From Zancudomyces culisetae HAW-14-8 (lineage: Eukaryota > Fungi > Kickxellomycota), in contig JBNJNM010000011.1 in NCBI GenBank assembly GCA_052426225.1, positions 558,001-622,000 of the forward strand: DNA of 64,000 nucleotides. The letters are read 5' to 3'. Under the pieces are notes generated by a model. The model was not told where the DNA came from, did not search any database, and saw nothing but the letters and a program-made list of their open reading frames with translations. Below are positions 38,809 through 49,915 of the stretch, piece after piece. A program made the position numbers and the translations under genes. The first letter of the stretch is position 1. Every line of letters starts with the position of its first letter.

Positions 38809-38842
38809 CAACGTAAAAACAACGTAAAAACAACGTAAAAAC
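38809..38842. repeat. (CAACGTAAAAA)x3 tandem repeat
   Basis: Three exact 11-bp copies about 420 bp upstream of the SNX-RGS gene start. Confidence 0.9.
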
Positions 38843-39257
38843 CAAACAAATTGCAATCTCCAATTTCCAATTTCTGAAATGCTGCATTTTTTTTAGGGGG
38901 AGGGAGCTGAGAGTTATCATCAATTTTAAACGGGTCTGGCCAATGAATGGATGACCCAGTAAAGCTGAAAAGTCCGTAAAAGTAGACACTGACCATAAAT
39001 ATTACAAGAATGTTTTGTTACTGTTTGAACTTTTTTTTTTTTGCTTTGGGGAATTAGAAAAAACGCAAAACTCTAGTAAAATCCAGAGTTTAAAGTGAGA
39101 ACCTAGGACTAGAATGTGAAGTAAGCCACATCAATTCTTCTAAAGCTTTAACGGACCACATACACCGATATAAAGGGTAGGTATTGTAGCCTAACGAACT
39201 GAGTATGAATTTTTAACAGGGATGCGAAAGAGAGGAATGAATAAAGTGTATTTGTAA

Positions 39258-42200
39258 ATGTACCGAAAAATGAACATAAGTCAACTAGCTGGTATACTGA
39301 CAGTGATACTTAAGCAGGCAATGCTTCTTGTAGTCCTGTTTGTATTGGTTTTGTTACTGTTGGCTGGACTAAACATAGCCGTATCAATTTGGCTACATTC
39401 AAGAGTATCCTCTACAACTGAGAAAGATGACGCGAGTAAGAACGAGCAGTCATGGTTTGGCGAGTTTGGGATGGATTTCGAGCATCCGCCGTTGTTGAGG
39501 ATTAAAAAATTTAGATTTGTCGAGGAATTGGTAACCAGGACGGAAAAGAAAACAGGGGAGGGAAAAGATAAGAGGATAAGAATATGTGAAAACGATGAAT
39601 TAGATGGAGTACTAAACGAACTTGTCAAGTTAGTAGTCAGAGATTTTGTCCAGAATTGGTATGGCAAGCTATCGAGCGATGGAAAATTCCAAGAAATGGT
39701 TTATGAAGAAATAGCAGAGGCGACGAGGGAAATATTTAAGAGGGTAGAGGGAATGGAACTTGAAAAGTTTGTACTAGGAGAGGTTGTACGATTGATTACC
39801 AAACAGCTTTACAACTATAGAAAGGCGGATCGAACAGCAAGTTGGATGAAGGGCATCCGCGATAATAAAGAGTATAGAGAAATGGGAAAAAAGGAATTAA
39901 TAGAAAAGATATTCAAAGAAGGGATTATACATCCAGCATTAAGCATACAGGGGAAGGATTCGCAAGCAGTGAATGAATATGGATTTACGGAGACTGAAGT
40001 GGAGGGGATTGGAGTACATATCCGAAGGCAGATGGAAAGAGTCCTGAAAAATGTAATTTCTCCAGTAGCGACAAAAAATAAAACGAGGATGATATTATTA
40101 GTTGAGATAATGACTAATAAAGTTGTTGCACCGCTGATTATGCAGTTCAGCGATCCATTGTTGCTGAATAATCTTTTGGATAAAAAACTTGACGAGTTGA
40201 TAGCGGCACATAAACAGGCTCATAAGCGCCAAACGAAGGCAGAAAAGGAGAGGATTGTTGAAGAAGCGGCACAAAGAGCCTCGAGAAACCTAAAGTCATT
40301 TGTGGAGACAATTTTGAAAAGTAGTGATAATGAGGAAGAGTTAAACCAACTCCGGGAAAAGGCAATGGAGCAGATCAGAAAAAAAAGAATTTTGATATTA
40401 GGAAGAAAACGAGATGAAATAGTGCACGGAGAGCTAGTTAGTGACGTGATCAGTTATATAAATCAGCTGTATTCAATAAGAAAGGCGATAGATAGGAGGT
40501 TGACAAAAATGATGGCCAGAGCAACCAAAGAAAGCGAAAAGGAGAGAAAGGGCAAAGATAAGAATAAAAATAAGGGTAAGGTTAAGGATAAGGATAAGAG
40601 CACAGACAAGGGTGTGGATATCCAGATAGGGTACGAGGATAAAAGGGGTAGTATGGAAGGTAAAAAAATGCGCACTGGTGCTGAAAATGGCAATTTACCG
40701 CCTATGTTGATGGTGCCTTCACAGTCGTATGGATCTTCACTTAGTGGAGCGAACAGACTGTTTGAAGATAGAGAAGAGTCCGAAAGTAACCGGGAGTCTA
40801 TGGGATATTTTCCACAAGACGAAATAGCAAGCATCAGAGCACCAGTGTTTTCACTGATGGAAATACTAGACAACATGTCAGGACTATCGGCGTTTGCAGA
40901 ATTCATGGAGCTAATAGGGAAGCAATTTGTGTTTGAATTTTGGATGAATGTACACGGACTACTCAAATCAAAGTATGTCATCTCAGATGTAATTATTAGT
41001 TCTATCTGGAAGACATATTTTACAAGGAGAGTGGATGAGTTGGAAACAGACGAGGACCATATAAGTAGCGTACAAAAGGCAATAAAGAGATACCGCAAAC
41101 CTAACTCAATGGCGTTGGAGGAATTGGATGGTAGACAGGTGGAGGAGATTTTCGCACTAATGGTCAATGTATATGATGATGTGTTTACCAATATTAACGA
41201 AAAGTACTATCCAGAGTTTCTGAAAAGCGTGTTTTATAAGAGATTTTTGCAGATGTATGCGATTTCACCAAACATATCTGGGACGTTTTTGGGATTTGAA
41301 AGAGTTAATAGTATAAAAAGTACCAGAATAGAAAAATGTCAGGTTTCCAGCGTAGATACTTCCAATATTTACTGTGCAAGTACCAGCAAGTTGAATGAAA
41401 ATGACACGAGTATAGGACTTTCAAAGTATAATCTCCCAAGTGAAATGAGCAGTGGTAGTAATAGCGGTAGAGACGATGATAGCCACAGTGATGAGTATAG
41501 TGATAGTGGAGAGTATAGCAGTAACATGGATAGCGATATCGGTGATGTTATAGGTCGAAATGTATCTGCCAAAAAGTATTCTAGTAGTTCCGAGGGCCAC
41601 CGCGTAGTCAAAGGAAAAGGAAGCACTGAAGTGAATAAGCTAGTGTTCCAGGGTAGTCTGGACAAAACTAGAAGAATGTGTTCAATGTCAACAATCGAAA
41701 CAGGATCAATTGCCTCAGGAAGAAGTATTACCATCAGTAATGCGGGAAGTCGAGGATCCTCAGTGATGGTTATTTCGACCACAGAAAACATACGAGGCAA
41801 TGTGGTTAATTTTAATGAAAGAAGCGCACTTGAGTGCTTGCATCAGGCAGAAGAAGTGACTTCGTTATCGCAAAATACACTGACTCTTGCGACCGATAGT
41901 GCTGGATCTGTGAGGATAGAAAGTACAGCGCCATTACCCAAAGGTGTATTGGGTTATTTGAAGGAACTGGTATCAGTTAACAATAATAACAGCAAAAATA
42001 ATAACAGTAACGATGGTGAGCTGAATGGGAAAGGATATAAGTCTAAAAATGGCATTAAGATCAACCCGATCAATATAAATAAACACATCGATTACTCTTG
42101 CAAAAGTTCCAAAAATTCTGACATAAGTTCTATTGGAGTCAACGGTGTTGAAACCAAAAGTATCAGAACCAGTACCAAAAAAGCACCAGGACATAAAGGA

Positions 42201-44084
42201 GGATTGATACCAATTACTTTGTTGTATAAATCCAACAAAATATACAAAAACTCTAGCGGCGAGATTGCCACAGTCAACAAGTTTCTTAATCAGAGCCTAA
42301 AAAGGCCCACAACTAAAGGGGATTTGTTTGTGGCGGAGAAAATATCGTTTTGTGAGGACTTGTTAAAGAAATTGCAGAATAAAAAACTGATGTTACTGAA
42401 AAGTATCCAAGAGGCAGCACTAAATGATGAATTGGTAGAGTTTGAAAAATATTGCGAGGAATTAGAGTTACTGGATCGATTGGCACAGGACGTAGGTTGC
42501 TATATAGAAGAAAAGACCAGTGATATAGTCAGAATAACACCTGGAAGTGCCACGATTACGGTGAGCATGCCACATGAACCAGCAGTGAGTGATGGGTTAA
42601 AGAAAAGAAGTCTTCCGACACACATCAATGCTGACAATGTCTCTACCGACTCTGGTAAGCACAAAGTGTTTGCCACCAAACACAAAAGAAAATTTTCATT
42701 ATCTCAGAACAGAGCTAAAAAAACTGGGCTAAACGGTGAGATGGTGATATACACGATATATATACAGCTGGCACTACCATCTCTAACTTTATCGTGGTCC
42801 GTTAACAAGACCTATTCCGACCTCATTGAGTTACATTCTGCATTGAAAAAGGAGTTTCCAATGTTTGTTAAACCGACCGATCTGTCGCTCAATAAGCCAA
42901 ATTCGTTGTTTTTTTCAAGACCAGCACGTATGCTGAGAAACAAACAGCTAATCCAAAAATATTTGGAAACTCTGTTGGCCAATAAATCCATATGTGATTC
43001 CTGTATTTTTAGACAACTTTTAACCTCCACAGCACCACCAGATCTTGCTGCCCTTCGAAAATTTACTTGGATTTTGTCCAACCGGGACGTCAATGGTAGT
43101 CATATTACCCAACTTGCTGCGCATTACCACCCGCTTACCACTGAAGACCATAACACCACTCGTTATTCCCGCTATTCCTCCTCCATTTCGCATGCAAGCA
43201 CACAATCTTCTGGTGTTTCAGGATTAACCCATAGCCCAATTGACCTCTCTGCAAACCAACAGGAAACATCCAACAATTTTCACTTTCCCAATGAGACATC
43301 TATTAGCTCCTCTTCACCACCCTCTCAAAACTCACCTACATTTTTTAAGCTACGGCGAAGAAGAGTACTATCTCCTGTCATTACAAAATACTCTCCGTAT
43401 TCGGCTCTTCCAGGAAATAAAAATGTTTATACCGAAACCGCACACAAACAGCATCTGAAACTGTTGAATGACCCTTTCTCTGCTTCCGCCAAAAACGATC
43501 AAATATCAGATATTTTGAGCATCCGCGATAAATCGGAGCCAGACCAGCTTTCCGCCGATGGTGGCCCCGTCAATTCTAATCTGCTTCTCCCTGCTATTCT
43601 GGACAATAAAAAGAAAATTGACAAGTCGTGGTTATTGTTTGATTTTATTTCAGAACTATTCAATTTGCGCTCAAAGAACTCATCAACCTGGATACGAAGG
43701 CAAGCGCTTTATATTCTGTTTACCAACTATATCAACATGCATCTCTTCAAAAATAAGGCCAAACGAAATCCTGTTACTTTCATTTCTTTGCCTCCTGCCC
43801 CAACACTAGCACACTACATCTCTACAAACTTAATGGATTTGCTTTGGCCTGATAGAAGCAAGCCATTTAATCCTCCCCCTAAACAGGTCTTTTCTACTGA
43901 AAATTATCAAAAAGTAAAAGAAAAGCTTGCAATAGTTATGCCGCTTTTGGTTGGAAGCCTTGTTGGCAAGAAAAATTCCGTGGAGGGTCCCACCAGATTT
44001 CTTGAATGTATTCAGATTCCAAGATTCAATGCCAGCTATTATCTCTATATATTTGACGCCTTGATCGAGTTTTTGTTTGACTAG
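39258..44084 (+). CDS. Mdm1/SNX13-14-type sorting nexin (TM-PXA-RGS-PX-Nexin_C)
   Basis: N-terminal TM. PXA (LVVRDFVQNWYGKLSSD), RGS-like (LMEILDNMSGLSAFAEFME..FW), PX-like (WSVNKTYSDLIELHSALKKEFP..IQKYLETLL) and Nexin_C (WIRRQ, LLWPD, LVGSLVG). Confidence 0.88.
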   Translation: MYRKMNISQLAGILTVILKQAMLLVVLFVLVLLLLAGLNIAVSIWLHSRVSSTTEKDDASKNEQSWFGEFGMDFEHPPLLRIKKFRFVEELVTRTEKKTGEGKDKRIRICENDELDGVLNELVKLVVRDFVQNWYGKLSSDGKFQEMVYEEIAEATREIFKRVEGMELEKFVLGEVVRLITKQLYNYRKADRTASWMKGIRDNKEYREMGKKELIEKIFKEGIIHPALSIQGKDSQAVNEYGFTETEVEGIGVHIRRQMERVLKNVISPVATKNKTRMILLVEIMTNKVVAPLIMQFSDPLLLNNLLDKKLDELIAAHKQAHKRQTKAEKERIVEEAAQRASRNLKSFVETILKSSDNEEELNQLREKAMEQIRKKRILILGRKRDEIVHGELVSDVISYINQLYSIRKAIDRRLTKMMARATKESEKERKGKDKNKNKGKVKDKDKSTDKGVDIQIGYEDKRGSMEGKKMRTGAENGNLPPMLMVPSQSYGSSLSGANRLFEDREESESNRESMGYFPQDEIASIRAPVFSLMEILDNMSGLSAFAEFMELIGKQFVFEFWMNVHGLLKSKYVISDVIISSIWKTYFTRRVDELETDEDHISSVQKAIKRYRKPNSMALEELDGRQVEEIFALMVNVYDDVFTNINEKYYPEFLKSVFYKRFLQMYAISPNISGTFLGFERVNSIKSTRIEKCQVSSVDTSNIYCASTSKLNENDTSIGLSKYNLPSEMSSGSNSGRDDDSHSDEYSDSGEYSSNMDSDIGDVIGRNVSAKKYSSSSEGHRVVKGKGSTEVNKLVFQGSLDKTRRMCSMSTIETGSIASGRSITISNAGSRGSSVMVISTTENIRGNVVNFNERSALECLHQAEEVTSLSQNTLTLATDSAGSVRIESTAPLPKGVLGYLKELVSVNNNNSKNNNSNDGELNGKGYKSKNGIKINPININKHIDYSCKSSKNSDISSIGVNGVETKSIRTSTKKAPGHKGGLIPITLLYKSNKIYKNSSGEIATVNKFLNQSLKRPTTKGDLFVAEKISFCEDLLKKLQNKKLMLLKSIQEAALNDELVEFEKYCEELELLDRLAQDVGCYIEEKTSDIVRITPGSATITVSMPHEPAVSDGLKKRSLPTHINADNVSTDSGKHKVFATKHKRKFSLSQNRAKKTGLNGEMVIYTIYIQLALPSLTLSWSVNKTYSDLIELHSALKKEFPMFVKPTDLSLNKPNSLFFSRPARMLRNKQLIQKYLETLLANKSICDSCIFRQLLTSTAPPDLAALRKFTWILSNRDVNGSHITQLAAHYHPLTTEDHNTTRYSRYSSSISHASTQSSGVSGLTHSPIDLSANQQETSNNFHFPNETSISSSSPPSQNSPTFFKLRRRRVLSPVITKYSPYSALPGNKNVYTETAHKQHLKLLNDPFSASAKNDQISDILSIRDKSEPDQLSADGGPVNSNLLLPAILDNKKKIDKSWLLFDFISELFNLRSKNSSTWIRRQALYILFTNYINMHLFKNKAKRNPVTFISLPPAPTLAHYISTNLMDLLWPDRSKPFNPPPKQVFSTENYQKVKEKLAIVMPLLVGSLVGKKNSVEGPTRFLECIQIPRFNASYYLYIFDALIEFLFD

Positions 44085-44377
44085 CTCTTCAATAATTTAT
44101 TTTTATAGATTTTTCCGTTTCAATTTAGTTCTTTTCTTGTATATCATCCACATTCATTCATTTTTCTTTGGTTATAAGGAATACTACTCCCCAATAAGAA
44201 TCTAGTATTAATTCCCAATCAACCTAACCAAAAAAACAATTGAACCAAAAATCGGGGATTGAACAAGTCAATGCAAATTAGCTCTCCCTTTCCTTCCACC
44301 CTATCTTTCCCAGCTTAAAAAGTAGTCAACAAAAAAAAAATAGATTGCATACTTTTTATGACAGAGATATAAACGAA

Positions 44378-45445
44378 ATGCTTTTTAAGAATATATTTCA
44401 AACTCAGTCCCTTTTACGGCACCTTCACACTCCAGCCCCGATATCCAAAGCACTTTACCACAATGTGAAAAAGACTTTACCAGTAATAGCAATTGACGGA
44501 CCTGCAGCCTCTGGAAAAAGCAAGTATCTTTTATTTGTTTCCACCACATACACAAATATATTTTGCAACTGTTATTCAAACCGCTTTTAAAGGTTTACAG
44601 CTATGCTTTTAGCATTGTAACTGGGTAAATTAGGCACCGTAGCAAATATCTTGGCACAAAAATTGGGGTTCAAGTATTTAGATTCAGGTTCTTTATACCG
44701 ATGTGTAAGCAATACAAACACTAAACATTACTATATGGGCAACAAAACACGCACACATATATATTTGTATATTTTTTATATTATTAGCAGTAGTGTATAT
44801 TTATTTTAAAGAAAAAAAATGCTATCTTAGGCGACTCTTCTGGCGTTTAGAAACAAACTAACAAATCTGAATGACGATATCAAGCAAGTCGATAAGCTTG
44901 ATTCTATCCTGTCACATTCAAAAATATCAATATCTAAAAAGACAAAAGAGAACGGCATAAATATTTATATAAATGATGAGAATGTAACTGGTCTGATACG
45001 AACGGCAGATATCAGTAACTATGTAGGAGTGGTAGCAAAATTCCCAAGTATCAGGGATATAATATTGATAAAACAAAGAGAGTTGGCGGGATTTGATGTA
45101 GGGAATACCAACAGCTCAGCACAGCCTTCAAGTGGGCTAGTTATGGATGGCCGCGATATTGGGACGCGGGTATTTCCAAACGCCATGTTAAAAATATTCA
45201 TGTTGGCGAATCCCGAATCCAGAGCAAAGAGAAGGTATTTAGAACTCCAAAAATCAGGAACAAACGCCAATGTTACATTTGATTCTGTTTTAAGCGATAT
45301 AAAGGCACGAGACCACATCGATTACACTCGGACGCACTCCCCGCTCAGAAAGGCTGAAGATGCTGTAACTATTGATACCAGTGATTTGAACATTGAACAA
45401 GTCGTCCAGAAAATAGAAGATATATACTCCAAGTTAAAAAAATGA
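44378..45445 (+). CDS. cmk: Bacterial-type cytidylate (CMP/dCMP) kinase with N-terminal extension, 3 exons: 44378-44519, 44634-44704, 44831-45445
   Basis: Spliced product: [94 protein letters not shown]. These are the hallmark motifs of bacterial Cmk. Intron 1 is GC-AG. Confidence 0.92.
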
Positions 45446-45731
45446 ATGTTGATCTAGGAAAGGTGAGCGAGAAGTTGGCGACTTTTATTTACACATATAG
45501 TTTTTTTTTTCGTCGGTTCTTCTAAATTTTTTTTGTTGTTGGGGGGTTAGTTATTATGTACCAACTTGGTGCACTTACCTTCAAACTATATATTTAAAAA
45601 AACCCCCCTGACGATCATATAAATAAATTGGTCGCAAGCGAAACGATTCCGGCTCTCAATCCTCTCTGCAGCAAAATCTACCCGCTGTGGAATTACATCA
45701 CTTTCAATTTCTGTCTCTTGTATTAGAAATG

Positions 45732-47555
45732 CTACCGCGCTTTATCTTGGTCTCGCAGCCAATGTTTGAACATGGCTATTATTTTTAATCTTGCGGTCCT
45801 AATTTCATCGGAAACCTGATCCACGTCGCCGACTATTTCACTATGGTGATGTCCAGATTTCAGCAATATAACGTTGGGGTATAAATCGGCTTTGGTAGCA
45901 TTTCCTTTCAAGAGATTTGTATAGACATTAAAGGTTACTGTAGCTGGGTATATGGTGTCGTTTTCACCATCTACGTATATTGTTCGGTTATCAATAAAGT
46001 TGTATCCTCCATACTTTTTAGTCAGAGCTTTAACCGCTGGCCCATTGTATGTATCCGTACCATTAGAGAACCAGTCTATACAACTTTTTCTATAGTAGTT
46101 TAAGTTTATCCTAGATGATTTCAGTGAAGCCTGCGTCCATGATTTCTTGGAGCTGGTGAAAAATAGACCAACCTCATTGCATGTCAAATATAACCAAGGC
46201 CTGGGTCCATGAGGGGATAAATTTTTGCCCATTTGCTTTCTATATAAAGCTGTTTTAATGTCTTTGGTTTCTTTGATATTGTTGGTGTTCTTTACCCTCT
46301 CGATCACATTGAGGTTAATAAACTTTAATAATGATAGCAAAGTTGTTGTGCTATCGTAAGAATCGGCTAAATAAGTACACAGCTCATCCACCTCCGTTTT
46401 CTCTGAAACAAGATCAGTATCTTCATTGTGATCGTTATACTCAGTGGCCTTGGCGTTATATTGCATTAGAGTTGTGACAACGCTTCCAATCAGATATAAA
46501 AAATCATCATCATCATCATCACCGTCATCATCATTATCATCATCCCTGCCACTACTATCAACATTGTTATTATTATTTGAAGCTGATAGCTGACACAATT
46601 CCTTGACTTTTTGTTTTGAAGCAGGACAATTTTCATACTTGTGTATGCACTCATCCACAAGGTACTTGTTTGAATAAGGCGCCTCAAAGATTGCATCCAA
46701 CAATTGAATGGCCATTAAAAGCTTATCTTTACATGGGTACCTCTCCAAAACGTTTTTATCCGCATAATAAAAATCCTCAGTAGTCTCTACAGGGCCGGAG
46801 GATACATATGCCATATCAACCAAGTTTGGATATTTTTTTCGCATCCATGCCCCTAAACTTCCTGAAAAACTACACCCAAAGTATATCCATTTTGGCTTCC
46901 TAAAGCCGCGAGTGGTGAGATACTTTCGATATTTGGCGCTGTATTCCTCGATATTTATTCTCCTTATAATTGTGGCAAAATCTTCAAGAATTTGATCTAC
47001 CGTAAAGTGTTTCAGACTTTCAGCTTCTAAGCTTTGCACTGGCAAAGATGTTCCAAAGTACCTCAACTCTACAAGTAAAATCATTCCACTTGTCTCTTTC
47101 ACCATCTCCAGCAAAAAGTTACTGTTTTTGATGCCTTTAATAAAACCACTGATTCTATCTGGTGCTGCTTTTTCCTCACCCTGACAAACAAACCAAATGG
47201 GACCTCCTGGTTTGTAAAATTCGTCATTGACGTAGAAGGTTTGATCAAATGATAAGTCGGTACCAACATCAAAATGATCAAGAGTTTGTGTAAAAATGTA
47301 TGGTATTAGGGCGGATCCATGCTTACTGTACTCTTCAGATGGCACCTCTGCACTACTGATTATGATGCTGGTATGTTTGTGCACATCTGCGCTGTAGTTG
47401 CCAATATATTTTTTTACCGCTTTTTTGTATGCTGAAACCTGGTGTTTGATGCCAACATAAATACATACCAGCAGAACCATCAAAATGGTAACTACTATGC
47501 TGTATTTTTTCTTGCAAACGACTCCAAAGCGAATGGATGGTCTTTTGAACTTCAT
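45732..47555 (-). CDS. Serine peptidase family S28 with N-terminal signal anchor
   Basis: FTQTLDHF, FYKPGGPI, ELRYFGTSLP, WIYFGCSFSGSLGAWMRKKYP (nucleophile Ser), WLYLTCNEVG, DGEND (Asp) and GHHHSE (His). Confidence 0.9.
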   Translation of the reverse strand: MKFKRPSIRFGVVCKKKYSIVVTILMVLLVCIYVGIKHQVSAYKKAVKKYIGNYSADVHKHTSIIISSAEVPSEEYSKHGSALIPYIFTQTLDHFDVGTDLSFDQTFYVNDEFYKPGGPIWFVCQGEEKAAPDRISGFIKGIKNSNFLLEMVKETSGMILLVELRYFGTSLPVQSLEAESLKHFTVDQILEDFATIIRRINIEEYSAKYRKYLTTRGFRKPKWIYFGCSFSGSLGAWMRKKYPNLVDMAYVSSGPVETTEDFYYADKNVLERYPCKDKLLMAIQLLDAIFEAPYSNKYLVDECIHKYENCPASKQKVKELCQLSASNNNNNVDSSGRDDDNDDDGDDDDDDFLYLIGSVVTTLMQYNAKATEYNDHNEDTDLVSEKTEVDELCTYLADSYDSTTTLLSLLKFINLNVIERVKNTNNIKETKDIKTALYRKQMGKNLSPHGPRPWLYLTCNEVGLFFTSSKKSWTQASLKSSRINLNYYRKSCIDWFSNGTDTYNGPAVKALTKKYGGYNFIDNRTIYVDGENDTIYPATVTFNVYTNLLKGNATKADLYPNVILLKSGHHHSEIVGDVDQVSDEIRTARLKIIAMFKHWLRDQDKAR

Positions 47556-48423
47556 ATTACACGCGTTTTTGCTTTTTGCTAGCCTTTTATTTTTGTAGTG
47601 TTTGAGTAAATGGAGTTCTATTTTTATATCCAGGGAAAAAAGATAATGTCTGTAATGCGTTGGCTAGTTGGTTTATTATATACGAGTATTTCTCGATGAT
47701 TAAGCTTTTTTTGGTGGTATTAGAACAGTAAAGATATCAACATTATATGTCAGTTCAAAAGATAGGGCTTTGGTTTTATGGTTTTATACCTTCAGAGCGG
47801 AATAAAAAAGAGAAAATATAAACCAAAAACAAGCCCAAAGCTCTCAAGATAATGAGCAATTTGTGTCTTCATTTAATCAAAATGATACCTGCGAAGATAT
47901 TTTTTAGGTTTACAAAGTTGTGTCGTGTATAATCATCTTGCTAACAAAAGATGAATATTGTATTAAAAAGGCTCTTTCTATTTTTAAGTTGAGTAATATA
48001 GATTGGCTTTGGGAGGAACATCTAACATTAAGCGATACATAGCAACAGTCTAGAAAGGAGCTTTGTGCATGTTGCGCTCTTTTTTGGACAAAAAAAAAGG
48101 GAAAGGAAAATGTATCAGGTGTAAAGAGCCTTTTTATTTACACCAATTGCGCTTTTTTTAATTGCACATTTTATTTGGGATTGAATGATCACTGATTTCC
48201 CAAAATCCTATAGAAGAAATAACGACTTTTATCAGCACAAAGTATGTCCAAATTCGAATTTCTGAAATGTTGTGAAAAAAAAGTGCAGTTTAAACTTTTT
48301 CACCGAAATTCCACACATGTATTGAAATCTTGAAGAAAAAAGTAAATAGCCTTTGCTACGAAACAAAGCTATAAATAAGAGAGACAAATATATAGACATA
48401 AACGGAATAAGAAGAGCAGAAAG

Positions 48424-49915
48424 ATGTGGGAAAATTCGAAGCGGGAAAGAAAACAAGAAAACGACAACCCAGAAGAGCATGGCAAGAGGTATAAAACGGC
48501 GAGGGGTGGTGCAAGGGGCCGGAGAACCGATTTTAGGGGAGGACACCAAAATCAAGGGCAGCGTTATCGTCAACAGCGGACCAATTTTCAACAATTTCAA
48601 CAGCAACAGCAACAGCAACAACAGCAGCCCGAGCAACTTCAGACGTTTCAACAATTTAAAGAAAACCAGCCAACTCAACAGTATCAGCACTATCAGCAGT
48701 ACCAACAACCCCATTTCAATCGGAACGATCGAAATGAATCTAGACAGCATAATGAATCGAGGGATACAGCATACTGGAAAAATAACTCGGAAAGGTCAAG
48801 ACAGAGAGCTGAAACGTTACGCGGCGATTTTGGCGAGCAAAATCCTGACTACGATTCGTTCGCCACTCCTGAGGATGTACACAGAAGAGGTAATAATCCG
48901 CGATTTAAGCAAACCAGGCTGGGGACACGAAACTACGAAAATAAAATGTCAGCAACAACTGCCGCTGACCAACCTGCAACAATCTCAGAAAAGCCCTTCG
49001 CTTATAGAGGTGTGAATATGAGCTCTGGACAGAATTTTAGGAAAAATATAGCTGACACAAACGCAGAAAACGCATTGGACCACGAAAACAGAACTGATTC
49101 AAAGAGAATGAGCAAGTTCGGTAGAGGAAGATTTAGGTAAGAAATTGCTTTCCGCTAGTATTTACTAAGATACAGGATGTTAAAATGAATGTACTGTGAA
49201 GGGGGTGCAGTTTTTTTATGCTTGGTATATGCGATTGATGCCATTTTATTGTGTGCATTATCTGGACTCCCATCCACCTCTTGTATGTTGGGTAACCAGC
49301 AGTAGAAAAAAATATCGCTAATCGACTTTATGTAACAAATTTCTAGAAATTCAAACCAAGTCACAAATAGGGAAGGAAAGCAGGAAGACCACGTTGAAAA
49401 AGCGACCGAAAAAAACGACATTGTATTTAATACGAAACATCCTAGTGGACTAATCCCAATCAACGTCCCAAGCACTTCAAGCACGCCGGTATGGCTGTCC
49501 TATGCACAACCCCCCATCTCAAGACAGGAGTTTTCACCTTCTGGTGAAACTATACCAGGTCCCTTCAGCCCACCCCATCTACCAACCATGATGAACGATA
49601 CTATCGAAAGCATCAGCTTACCTCAAAATGTAAGACACGTACATAAATGTACATTTTTCAAGAAAATCTCAGCATAAAATCCCAGGGCTTTGCTGGTTTA
49701 TTGATATATTGGAATATATCCATTTTTATTTGCAAATAGTTGTATTTTATTTATTAAAAAAACGATAGGTTTTGAAGCGGAACAATGAGCAGGCACTTCA
49801 AAAACAGCGGATCAAGAATCTATTAACTCAAGCGAACGCCACCACCCCGGGAACATATATCGGGAAAAATTCACTTAACAACAATCTTCTGGTCCCAGTT
49901 CTCCCCAGAATATAA
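48424..49915 (+). CDS. Hypothetical Q/R/G-rich protein, 3 exons (approx. 48424-49136, 49371-49629, 49769-49915)
   Basis: The 238-aa ORF ends at an AG|GTAAG donor. Two further GT-AG introns keep the frame open through a Pro-rich exon to LVPVLPRI-TAA. Contains RGG motifs and a CAG/CAA polyQ. Confidence 0.65.

Noticed and set aside
44524-44533. GTATCTTT as a possible U12-type donor in cmk
   Set aside because: It deviates from GTATCCTT, and every downstream acceptor gives a stop or frameshift.
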